64,000 nt of DNA, from the NCBI GenBank assembly GCA_963735115.1, contig CAVTJR010000003.1, positions 1,352,641 through 1,416,640 of the forward strand, read 5' to 3'. This document shows, piece by piece, positions 55,458 through 63,733 of this stretch. Each line of letters opens with the position of its first letter. Within the stretch, counting starts at the first letter, position 1. This DNA is from an uncultured Actinomycetota bacterium. GTDB taxonomy: Bacteria; Actinomycetota; Acidimicrobiia; Acidimicrobiales; Bog-793. The position numbers were made by a program, and so were the translations under genes. Under the pieces are notes generated by a model, which searched no databases, had not been told where the DNA came from, and saw only the letters and a program-made list of their open reading frames with translations.

Positions 55458-57193
55458 GGGCTCGGCCGCGGCCGGCGGCCTCTCCCGCGGGATCGGTTGC
55501 GATCTCGCTCCTGGCGGCTCTGGCATTCGTGACCGTGTCGGCTCAGAGCGTCGGCATGACCCGGGCGCTCGCAGCCGGTCCGGAGGTCACCGGCGCAGGC
55601 TCGAGCTACGCCGCGCTCGCCATCAACAACTGGGACGCTCAGATCTCCACGGTCTACGGAGACACCGTCGACTACAGCACGTCCTCCTCCGTCATCGGCC
55701 TCAACCTGTTCGCCCAGAACCAGGTGACCTTCGGTGCCTCCGAGATCGGCTACTCGACCGGGCAAGCCAACTACACGCCCACGACGCCCTACCAGTACCT
55801 GCCCGACATCGCCGGGGCGACGTGCCTCATGTACAACGTCAAAGGCCGGCTGGGCAACCAGGTTCGATCGCTCAACCTCGACTCGCGGGTCCTGGCAGAG
55901 ATCTGGACGGGCACGATCACGAAGTGGGACGACCCAGCCATCGCCGCCATCAACCGAGGTGTCGACCTGCCGAACGCGCCCATCATCGCCGTCTTTCGCA
56001 CCGATGCGTCCGGGGAGAATTACGTCTTCTCCCAGTACCTCGACTACCTGCAGCCCGCCATCTGGGTGCCTTTCGTGAAGGCACTTCAGGCCGGCTCGCC
56101 CGTGAGCGCCGACTTCCCGCAGGGCAGCAGCAGCTCCCGCCGGTACCACCTCTCCAACTTCTTCGGTCAGAGCGGATCGGACGGCACCTCTGACCTCGTC
56201 GCCAGCACGAACGACGCCGTCACCTATGTCGAGACCGGCTATGCCATCTTGCACCACATGCCGTGCGCCTACGTGGAGAACGCCAGCCACAACTGGGTGC
56301 AGCCCTCGGAGGAGACCGACGCCGTCGGACTCGAGCGCGCCGAGCTGCTCCCCGACCTCGAGCAGAAGCTGCAAGGCGTCTACTCGAACCCGCTCCCGAG
56401 CGCCTACCCGATCTCCGCCTACAGCTACCTCATCACGCCCAAGGGCCCTGGTTCGATGTCGCCGGCGGAAGGGGCCGTCCTCGGCCAGTACATCCGCTTC
56501 TTCGCCTGCACGGGTCAGCAATCGGCCGGAACGCTCGGGTACTCGCCTCTTCCGCCCAACCTCGTTGACGCCGACTTCGCCGCCATCAACCGCATCCCCG
56601 GCGCAGCCAGAGCGCCGGCCGCCGCCACGGCGGCGAACTGTCCGGATCCATATGTCGACGGCCAAACCGTCCTCCCGGGCGAACCCTGCATCGTCGGGCA
56701 GCCCTGCCACTCCTCGGGCGGCGGCACGACGCCTCCGACCACGTTGCCCACCGCCACCATCACGACGACCACGACGGCGCCCACCAGCGGTGTCCCTCAC
56801 CACAAATCGGGCGGCTCCAAGCGCCACAACGCCGGCCACACCAAGCCAGCTCGCTCAGGTCAGCACTACGGCGGGGGCGGGAGCAGCGGCAGCGGGGGCG
56901 GCGGGACGACGAAGCCCGGGTCTCCGTCGCTCGCCAACGGACAATGGCCGGGCAAGAAGATCGTCCCTGGGGCGCAGCCGGGTGCCAACCTGCCGAATGG
57001 GCAGACCCTCGGCAATGAGCTCGCCACAGAGGACTTCACGTTGCTCGGTGTGAGAGTCTCGCCCGCGACGATGTGGGGCTCGGTCGCCTTGCTGATCCTC
57101 CTTCTCGCCGTCCCGCCCACCCTGGCCCGCGTGCGCAGGCGCCGGAAGCTCGGTCGCTTGGCCACGACGGACTCTCGTGGAGCTCGACAATGA
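55454..57193 (+). CDS. pstS: PstS-type phosphate-binding protein with a Thr-rich stalk, Gly/basic tract and C-terminal TM anchor
   Basis: The sequence reads GAGSSYAALAINNWDAQIS...FGASEIGYS...LAEIWTGTITKWDDPAI...TDASGENYVFSQYL. The C-terminal part is TTPPTTLPTATITTTTTAPT...GGGGSSGSGGGGTT...WGSVALLILLLAVPPTLARVRRRRK. The start is inferred as CTG 55454 overlapping the pstB stop (CTGA), because the frame has no ATG, GTG or TTG before the signal peptide. Confidence 0.75.
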   Translation: MRARPRPAASPAGSVAISLLAALAFVTVSAQSVGMTRALAAGPEVTGAGSSYAALAINNWDAQISTVYGDTVDYSTSSSVIGLNLFAQNQVTFGASEIGYSTGQANYTPTTPYQYLPDIAGATCLMYNVKGRLGNQVRSLNLDSRVLAEIWTGTITKWDDPAIAAINRGVDLPNAPIIAVFRTDASGENYVFSQYLDYLQPAIWVPFVKALQAGSPVSADFPQGSSSSRRYHLSNFFGQSGSDGTSDLVASTNDAVTYVETGYAILHHMPCAYVENASHNWVQPSEETDAVGLERAELLPDLEQKLQGVYSNPLPSAYPISAYSYLITPKGPGSMSPAEGAVLGQYIRFFACTGQQSAGTLGYSPLPPNLVDADFAAINRIPGAARAPAAATAANCPDPYVDGQTVLPGEPCIVGQPCHSSGGGTTPPTTLPTATITTTTTAPTSGVPHHKSGGSKRHNAGHTKPARSGQHYGGGGSSGSGGGGTTKPGSPSLANGQWPGKKIVPGAQPGANLPNGQTLGNELATEDFTLLGVRVSPATMWGSVALLILLLAVPPTLARVRRRRKLGRLATTDSRGARQ

Positions 57194-59577
57194 GCCGGCT
57201 GGCGCGCCTGCTTGCCGCTGCCGGCCTGGCAACGCTCGCGATCGCAGGACTGACGCTCGGGGCGACAGCGGCGCGGGCAACCCCGATGGGCGGTGCTGCC
57301 GGCGCCCGATCTGGGGCGACGCCGAAGCGGGCGTGTGCCCCCGGCGCCACCTGCGTGACGATCCCCTCCCCGTGTCCGTCCGGGTCGAGGTGCCCGACGG
57401 TGTCCGTAGAGCCGTCGAACGGCCTCGGCCAGAACCAGTGGATCTACCTGAATTTCTCCGACTTCGCCGCCGGAAGCGTCGCCCAGATTTACTACTGCGA
57501 GAACCAGACGCCGCTCACCGCCACCAGCCCGCCCTACTGCGTCCTCGAGGGCACGCCCACCTTCACCTACCCCAACCAGGAGCTCCCGATCTCGGCGAAC
57601 GGCAGCGGGGCGATGAGCTTCCAGACGCTCGACGACCCCAACGTGGCGGGTGACACCGCCCTCGTCGGTCAGATCCCGGGCGACACGACGGCGCCGCCGC
57701 AGAACTTCTATTGCGGCGACACCGCCGACCAGTGCTCGGTCGACGTCGTCGACTGGTCGCTCCTGAGCTCGCCGCGTCCGAGCAACATCGCCATCCCACT
57801 GCCGTCTGACACGGCCGTCATCCCGCTCGGATTCGCCCCACAGAGCAACGGCTGCCAGCAGGCGACGTTGGTGTCGACCTTCAGCGACAACAGCATCGAA
57901 TGGCTCATCCCGCACGAGTCGCCGGTCGTGTGCAAACAACAGCATGCCGCCGTCGCACTGAACACCTCCACGAGCACGTCGTTGATCCTGGGCTCGCTGC
58001 AAAACGGCAACGTCGTGTTCCTGGACGATCCGCAGGCGGCCGATGTGCGGGCGGCGCTCTCCAAGGTCCATTACGCCGTCGTACCGGTCGTGGCCTCTGC
58101 CGTCGTCATGGGATACGTCGCCGCCATGGAACAGCAAGGCCTCAGCTACCCGTTCAACGACTTCCGCCTGACGCCCAACGAAGTGGCCGGACTTGTCACC
58201 TATGCCTATCAGGGCCCTTACGACGGCGACCTCGTGAAATGCAAGGGCGGTCCGTGCTCCGCCCTGCAGGGCCTGAACTCCGTCCGGGGCTTCGTGGGCG
58301 CCGGCCAGTACGGGGTATTCATCCCCTCGGAGACAACAAGTGTCACCGAGACAATCACGAACTGGGTGTGCAACGCCCCAAACGTTCCCTTCGTGCTGAA
58401 CGGCAAGCTCATCACGGACCCGAACAGCGCCCAGAAGACGTTCACGACCTCGGTCAACCAGCGCCCGTGGCCGATCACCAGATGCACGACCTTCGACCAA
58501 TTCCCGGCGCTCAAGCCCTTTGCGACCTTGTTCGAGCAGGCGGCCGACCCGATCCATGCCGTGAAGTACCTCCGCACCTTCGCCGTCCCGCCCCAGTTCC
58601 AGCCCTCGCCCGTGGCAGGGTTCGCACCCATCGACTGGGGAGACGCCCGTTACTACGGCCTCGACGCTGCTGCCTTGCAGAACGCCGCCGGACAGTTCAT
58701 CGCCCCCAGCACGGCCTCGGTGCAGGCCGAGATAGCGGCCGAGCCTCTCTCGAACGCCGGCTACCCCCTTCCGGACGCCAAGCTGCGCGTGAGGGGCGGC
58801 TACCCGATGTCGACGGTCATCGACGCACTCGTGCCGGAAGGCCCGCTCCCAGCTACCCAATCGAAACCCATCGCCCAGATGATGACCGATCTCCTCGACT
58901 ACACGACGACGGCGCCCCTACCCGACGGCTATGTCCGGCTGCCGGCAAAGCTGAGGGCCCTCGCCCACCGGGAGCTCACGAACGCCCTGGAAGCTGAGAC
59001 GGGGGCGGTGACGAGGACGCGCGCCTTGATCCGGCCGACGTCGGTGACGCAGGGACACCCCGTCAGATACGTGGCGAAGGTGTCGTCAGCCCGCCGCAGC
59101 CCGACGGGGAACGTGACGTTCACGACGGGAGCGACAACGCTCTGCAGCGCCCAGCTGACAAGGGGGAGGGCGGCGTGCACGGCCTCGGACGCCCCGGTCG
59201 GCTTCGACAACGTGACGGCAAGCTACGCAGGTACCGTCAGTTTCGGTCCTTCGGTGGCCACGGCCACGCTCGACGTCTCGGCCCCTCCCCCGCCGCCTAC
59301 GACCGTCGTGACGGTCACCACGATGCCGCCGCGTTCGCGGACGACCACCACGACGACGACGGTGCGCTCGACCGTGCCCTCGACGGTGCCGTCCAAGGCC
59401 AAGGGGTCCGGCCCGAGCACGCTGTCGGTCGCCGACGTCAGGCTGGCGGCCGCAGCCGACAGCGTCGCCCTCCCGATTGCGCTCGCGGCGGGAGGGGCCT
59501 TGATCGCACTCAGTCTCGGACTGTCCTTCGTCGGAGTCCTTCGACGTCGCCACGCAGGTCGTACCGAGGGTGCCTGA
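57190..59577 (+). CDS. Large Cys-rich secreted protein with a PstS-like-looking core, Ig-like segment, Pro/Thr stalk and C-terminal TM anchor
   Basis: ATG 57190 overlaps the upstream stop (ATGA). The signal is MSRLARLLAAAGLATLAIAGLTLGATAARA. An Ig-like stretch reads GNVTFTTGATTLCSAQL...ASYAGTVSFGPS. The C-terminal part is PPPPPTTVVTVTT...TTTTTTTV... then ALPIALAAGGALIALSLGLSFVGVLRRRH. Confidence 0.7.
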   Translation: MSRLARLLAAAGLATLAIAGLTLGATAARATPMGGAAGARSGATPKRACAPGATCVTIPSPCPSGSRCPTVSVEPSNGLGQNQWIYLNFSDFAAGSVAQIYYCENQTPLTATSPPYCVLEGTPTFTYPNQELPISANGSGAMSFQTLDDPNVAGDTALVGQIPGDTTAPPQNFYCGDTADQCSVDVVDWSLLSSPRPSNIAIPLPSDTAVIPLGFAPQSNGCQQATLVSTFSDNSIEWLIPHESPVVCKQQHAAVALNTSTSTSLILGSLQNGNVVFLDDPQAADVRAALSKVHYAVVPVVASAVVMGYVAAMEQQGLSYPFNDFRLTPNEVAGLVTYAYQGPYDGDLVKCKGGPCSALQGLNSVRGFVGAGQYGVFIPSETTSVTETITNWVCNAPNVPFVLNGKLITDPNSAQKTFTTSVNQRPWPITRCTTFDQFPALKPFATLFEQAADPIHAVKYLRTFAVPPQFQPSPVAGFAPIDWGDARYYGLDAAALQNAAGQFIAPSTASVQAEIAAEPLSNAGYPLPDAKLRVRGGYPMSTVIDALVPEGPLPATQSKPIAQMMTDLLDYTTTAPLPDGYVRLPAKLRALAHRELTNALEAETGAVTRTRALIRPTSVTQGHPVRYVAKVSSARRSPTGNVTFTTGATTLCSAQLTRGRAACTASDAPVGFDNVTASYAGTVSFGPSVATATLDVSAPPPPPTTVVTVTTMPPRSRTTTTTTTVRSTVPSTVPSKAKGSGPSTLSVADVRLAAAADSVALPIALAAGGALIALSLGLSFVGVLRRRHAGRTEGA

Positions 59578-60550
59578 CGCGAGGCTCACCAAAGAGTCGC
59601 CACTCGTAGAAGACGTGCCTGACGCCCTTCCTGCCGAGGAAGCCACTGATGACGGCGAACCGGTTACGACCAGCTCCAGCGTGCCGGCGGGGACGGACTC
59701 CCGCAGGGGGCGCCGACGCCACCAGCCAGGCTCCATCGTCTTCACGGCTGCGGTCATCACCGCCGGCATGGGCCTTCTCGTGGCGGGCTTCGCCGTCTAC
59801 CTGTTCGGCTTCACGAGCCTGGAGGCCTTCCACGCCCAGCATCGCCTCGCTGAGCAGTTGGCCGGCTCGGCCGGCCTGGCCGCCCTCAATGGCACGACAC
59901 CGCCCGAAGGCGAGGCTGTCGCCATCCTCGACATCCCCACGATCGGGATCCGCCAAGTCGTGGTGGAGGGTACGTCGTCAGAGGATCTGGAAGCGGGCCC
60001 CGGCCTCTTGATCGGTTCCGCGCCGCCGGGGACGGGCGGCGACGTCGTCATCGCCGGGCGGCGCACGACCTACGGCTCCCCCTTCGCGCGCCTCGACCGG
60101 CTGAAGAACGGCGACACGGTCATCCTCACGGGTGCGCTCGGGGAATTCCGCTACACGGTGTCGACGACGCGGGTCGTCCGTCCCGGGTCCCCACTGCCGG
60201 CGAGCCCGACCAGCGCCGGCCGGTTGACGCTCGTCACCTCGACACCGGCTGTGGAGGCGTCGTCCCTCCTCGTCGTTACGGCCGATCTCGCCGGCAAGCC
60301 CGTCGCCTCCGTGCCGCTCAGCGACGCGGCGCTTCCCTCCACGCAATTCGGTCTGGCGGGCGACGGCGCCGCCGTGGCTCCGGCCATCGGCTGGGGCGGT
60401 GCCCTCATCGGCGTTCTTCTCTGTGCCTGGTACCTGTTGCGCAGGTCGAGAAAGACGTGGCTCGTCTACGGACTGGCAACCCCGATCGTGATCGCCGCTG
60501 CGATCCTCTGCTACGCCAACGTGGCGGCGCTGTTGCCTGCGACGTTGTGA
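59570..60550 (+). CDS. Class E sortase-fold membrane protein lacking the His/Cys/Arg catalytic triad
   Basis: It has an N-terminal TM helix. The sequence reads GEAVAILDIPTIGIRQVVVEGTSSEDLEAGPG...DVVIAGRRTTYGSPFARLDRLKNGD (sortases have AGHR here)...RLTLVTSTP (sortases have TLxTC)...SLLVVTADL (no Arg). Two additional C-terminal TM helices follow. Confidence 0.8.
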   Translation: MPDARLTKESPLVEDVPDALPAEEATDDGEPVTTSSSVPAGTDSRRGRRRHQPGSIVFTAAVITAGMGLLVAGFAVYLFGFTSLEAFHAQHRLAEQLAGSAGLAALNGTTPPEGEAVAILDIPTIGIRQVVVEGTSSEDLEAGPGLLIGSAPPGTGGDVVIAGRRTTYGSPFARLDRLKNGDTVILTGALGEFRYTVSTTRVVRPGSPLPASPTSAGRLTLVTSTPAVEASSLLVVTADLAGKPVASVPLSDAALPSTQFGLAGDGAAVAPAIGWGGALIGVLLCAWYLLRRSRKTWLVYGLATPIVIAAAILCYANVAALLPATL

Positions 60551-61083
60551 ACCCCGCCTTCGGCGGCGCGCCCAGCCGCTCGCACGGGCGGCGGCGCCTG
60601 GCGCTCGCCGCGGCCATCGCCGCGGTGTGCTTCGGCACCGGTGCCTGCTCCTCCGGCTCGAGGGCTGCTTCGTCGCCCCACGAGAGCACGACCTCCTCGA
60701 GGGTGCCCTCGAGCTCGACCGTCACTATGACAACGGTGCGCTATTCGGGATACGTGACCATCAAGGGCAAGAAGGTCGGCATCCCGGAGGAAGGCACGAC
60801 TCCGATCAGCCTGGTCGAGAACGTCGGCGAGCAGATCATCATCACGCCGAGCCGCATCGAGCCACACCTCCTCTTCGCCCAGGTCGACTACCGACTGACG
60901 TTCACGAACCTGACGTCGGCTCCCCAGCGGCTGCGTTTCGTGAACGACGGCAACTGGCGCTCACCCGCTATCCCGCCCGGCGGGACGTGGCACTACACGC
61001 CCCGCGACGGCATCTCCTACTACTTCGTCACCAGCACCGGGCTGCAGGCAACGTTCCAGGCATCCCCCGCCGGCGCCCCGTAG
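60547..61083 (+). CDS. Lipoprotein with a small beta-sandwich (cupredoxin-like?) domain
   Basis: GTG 60547 overlaps the upstream stop (GTGA). The signal plus lipobox is LALAAAIAAVCFGTGACSSG, followed by an S/T linker. The domain reads ...LTFTNLTSAPQRLRFVNDGNWRSPAIPPGGTWHYTP... The fold assignment is tentative. Confidence 0.65.
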   Translation: MNPAFGGAPSRSHGRRRLALAAAIAAVCFGTGACSSGSRAASSPHESTTSSRVPSSSTVTMTTVRYSGYVTIKGKKVGIPEEGTTPISLVENVGEQIIITPSRIEPHLLFAQVDYRLTFTNLTSAPQRLRFVNDGNWRSPAIPPGGTWHYTPRDGISYYFVTSTGLQATFQASPAGAP

Positions 61084-61092
61084 TCGGCCGGC

Positions 61093-61599
61093 TCAACCCG
61101 AGGCGACGGCCGCCCGCACGGCCTCCACGTCGCGGTGCATCTGCTCGATCAGCTGCTGGCTGTCGTCAAAACGCCCCTGGCCCCGCACGATGTGCCCTAC
61201 ACCCAGCCGCACGCGCTCCCCGTAGAGATCACCGTCGAAGTCGAGCAGGTACGCCTCAACGAGCCGGGCGCCCCCTTCGCCATAGTACGTAGGCCGCGTA
61301 CCCACCGAGATGGCCGCCACGAAACGACTGCCGTCCGCCCGCTCGAACCAGCCGGCGTAGACGCCATCGGCCGGGAGCACGCTGGTGCCGGGCACTTCGA
61401 CGTTCGCCGTCGGGAAGCCGAGCTCCCTCCCCCGCCCGTCGCCGTGCACGACCACACCTTCGAGCACGAGCTCCTCACCGTCGAGCACCGCCTTCGAGGC
61501 TACCGTCCCTCGACTGCCCGCTATCGTCCCGACCGTGCCCGGGAGCCGACCACTGTCACATGATCGAGACCTCGGTTCCCTGCCCGAGACCGTCGTCAT
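61093..61599 (-). CDS. Riboflavin kinase domain protein (monofunctional, no FAD synthetase domain)
   Basis: The sequence reads GVVVHGDGRGRELGFPTANVEV...DGVYAGW...ISVGTRPTY...VEAYLLDFDGDLYGERVRL. The real start is probably internal (for example GTG 61503). Confidence 0.8.
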   Translation of the reverse strand: MTTVSGREPRSRSCDSGRLPGTVGTIAGSRGTVASKAVLDGEELVLEGVVVHGDGRGRELGFPTANVEVPGTSVLPADGVYAGWFERADGSRFVAAISVGTRPTYYGEGGARLVEAYLLDFDGDLYGERVRLGVGHIVRGQGRFDDSQQLIEQMHRDVEAVRAAVASG

Positions 61600-62488
61600 C
61601 CGAGAGGTCGGACCTCGAGACGGGCTCCAGTCCGAGCCGCCCCTGTCAGCTCAGGATCGTGCGGCCATCATCGACCGGCTCGCCGGCGCCGGGTGCAAGC
61701 GCATCGAGGCCGTCAGCTTCGTCTCCGAGCGGATCGTGCCCGCGATGGCGGGCGCTGCCGAGGTACTGGCAGCGCTCACGACGCGCGGGACGTTCCGCCT
61801 CACGGCTCTCGCGGCCAACCTCCGCGGTGCGGAGTCGGCCCTCGCCGCCCGAGTGGACGAGATCACCGTCACGATCTCGGTTTCGCCGACGTACAACGAG
61901 CGCAACGTTCACCGCCCCGTCGCCGAGTCGCTGCAGGAGGTTGCGAGGGTGTGCGAGCGGGCGAGCGAGGCGGACGTGCCCGTCGACGCCGTCGTGTCCT
62001 GCGCCTTCGGCTCTCCCTACGAGGGCGACATCGGCGCCCGAGACGTGCACGAGCTGTGCCATCGCCTCGGGGACGCCGGCTGCACCGCCATCACGCTCGC
62101 CGACACGACCGGAATGGCGACACCGCGCCTCCTCGCCGAACTACTCGCCCTCACCGGGAGCGACGTGGGTCTCCATCTCCACGAGACCCGTGGGACCGGC
62201 CTCCTCAACGCCTACGCCGGCCTACAGGAGGGCGTGCGCCGCTTCGACACCGCTGTCGGTGGTCTGGGTGGCTCCCCATTCGCGGCAGGGGCGGCAGGCA
62301 ACCTCGCCACCGAGGACCTCGTTGCCCTCCTCGACGACCTCGGGGTCGCCTCGGGCATCGATCTCGACGGCATGATCGCCGCCGCCCGCTTGGTCGCCGC
62401 CCTCGTGGGTCACCCCGTGCCGAGCAGGGTCTCGGCCGTCGGCCCGCGCACGCAGCTTGTCACGCCCGCCGTCACGCCGGAGGACTGA
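61535..62488 (+). CDS. Hydroxymethylglutaryl-CoA lyase family (HMGL-like) protein
   Basis: The sequence reads VVIREVGPRDGLQSE...EAVSFVS...ITLADTTGMATP...GLHLHETRGTGLLNAYAG...FDTAVGGLGGSPFA.GAAGNLATEDL. The start is uncertain: GTG 61535 is in frame, while the track start at 61385 overlaps the opposite gene. Confidence 0.85.
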   Translation: MPGSRPLSHDRDLGSLPETVVIREVGPRDGLQSEPPLSAQDRAAIIDRLAGAGCKRIEAVSFVSERIVPAMAGAAEVLAALTTRGTFRLTALAANLRGAESALAARVDEITVTISVSPTYNERNVHRPVAESLQEVARVCERASEADVPVDAVVSCAFGSPYEGDIGARDVHELCHRLGDAGCTAITLADTTGMATPRLLAELLALTGSDVGLHLHETRGTGLLNAYAGLQEGVRRFDTAVGGLGGSPFAAGAAGNLATEDLVALLDDLGVASGIDLDGMIAAARLVAALVGHPVPSRVSAVGPRTQLVTPAVTPED

Positions 62489-62623
62489 CGGCGCTCGGGC
62501 TCGGGTCCGGTTCAGCATCCGCCACATGGCGACCGAGCGGCGTTAACCTCGATTTGCAGGGTGCGATGAGCCGCCGGTCTCTTCCGCATCGAGACGTGTC
62601 GGCCTCGTGAAGGAGCAGGTGGA

Positions 62624-63730
62624 TTGGAGCAAGAGCGGTCGAGCTTCCGGGCCCGCATGACCGACCACCTCCCCATAGCCGTCGGCACGACCCATGGGCT
62701 CTTCTTCGTGAGTGACGGCATCGCCGACGGCCCGTTCTTCAAGGGCAGCCGGGTGCCGGCCTTCTTACAGGTGGGGGTTCGCTACTACGCCGCTACCGTC
62801 GACCCGGGCGGGCGGTCGGCCTTGCAGACGAGCGACGACGACGGGCAGAGCTGGAGCACCCAGGGCACGTCGGTCACCTTCCCGGACGATATCGGCGCCA
62901 CCGTGGCGCAGATATGCCAAATTCAACCCGACCACGCCTCACCGCCCTCGGCGGGCAGATCCGCCCTCCTCGTGGGCGTCGAGCCGGCGGCACTCTTCCG
63001 CTCCAGCGACGGCACGAGCTTCGAGCTCCTACGCGGCCTCTGGAACCATCCGGATCGCCCGGTCTGGCAGGCGGAAGCTGGCGGTGGACTCGACACGGTG
63101 CTGACCCATCAAGATCGGCCAGGCAGGATCATCGTCGCCATCGCCGCCGGAGGTGTCTACCGCTCCGACGACGACGGGCAGACCTGGCTGGCGCGAAATG
63201 GTGGCATCGCCGTGCGCCCGGCTGACGTGTGGAGCGGCCCCCGGCGGCGTGTTCACAAGCTGGCCTTGGACGCTGCAAGCCCGGACTCGCTCTTCGCGCA
63301 GACTAATACCGGCACCTATCACTCCGACAACGCCGGCGACAGCTGGACCCGAGTAGGTCGAGTCGAGGAGGAGGATGGCCTCGCCTCGGACTTTGGGTTT
63401 CCCGTCGTTGCCCACCCGGTGGAGCCGGGCACGGCCTTCGTGTTCCCGCTCGAGTCTGAGTCGTACCCCTGCAGTCCCGAGGGTCGCCCCCGCGTCTACC
63501 GTACGACCGACGGCGGTGCCCACTGGGGGATGCTCGACGACGGTCTGCCGCGTGAGAATGCCCACGTGACAGTCCTTCCCGATGCCTTCACGATCGGCCA
63601 GAGCTCTCCGTACCCCCTCGTGTTCGGCACGAAGGCAGGGCAGCTGTTCGCCTCCCTCGACCATGGCGACAGCTGGCGACTGTTCGCCTGGGGGCTTCCG
63701 CCAGTGCTCTGCCTCCGCCTCCTCGAGTAG
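62624..63730 (+). CDS. BNR/Asp-box repeat beta-propeller protein (sialidase-like / Ycf48-like fold)
   Basis: Five Asp-box motifs (SxDxGxxW) are present: SDDDGQSW, SDDDGQTW, SDNAGDSW, TTDGGAHW and SLDHGDSW. Confidence 0.8.
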   Translation: MEQERSSFRARMTDHLPIAVGTTHGLFFVSDGIADGPFFKGSRVPAFLQVGVRYYAATVDPGGRSALQTSDDDGQSWSTQGTSVTFPDDIGATVAQICQIQPDHASPPSAGRSALLVGVEPAALFRSSDGTSFELLRGLWNHPDRPVWQAEAGGGLDTVLTHQDRPGRIIVAIAAGGVYRSDDDGQTWLARNGGIAVRPADVWSGPRRRVHKLALDAASPDSLFAQTNTGTYHSDNAGDSWTRVGRVEEEDGLASDFGFPVVAHPVEPGTAFVFPLESESYPCSPEGRPRVYRTTDGGAHWGMLDDGLPRENAHVTVLPDAFTIGQSSPYPLVFGTKAGQLFASLDHGDSWRLFAWGLPPVLCLRLLE

Positions 63731-63733
63731 CCA

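Noticed and set aside
55435-56193. The ATG-initiated ORF (MSMGASAEG...) as the start of the gene after pstB.
   Set aside because: It is in a different frame from the PstS-like sequence. Its product is Arg/Gly-rich with no signal peptide or PstS motifs.
56985-57035. LPNGQ and ELATED strings near the PstS2 C-terminal end, considered as possible sortase sorting motifs.
   Set aside because: Neither fits LPXTG or LAXTG: the Thr-Gly is absent at positions 4-5. The spacing to the TM helix alone is not sufficient evidence.
56866-58860. A 664-aa ORF on the - strand.
   Set aside because: It is antisense to the PstS2 and 795-aa surface protein genes, which have signal peptides, motifs and coupled starts. 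Its composition is Arg/Gly-rich.
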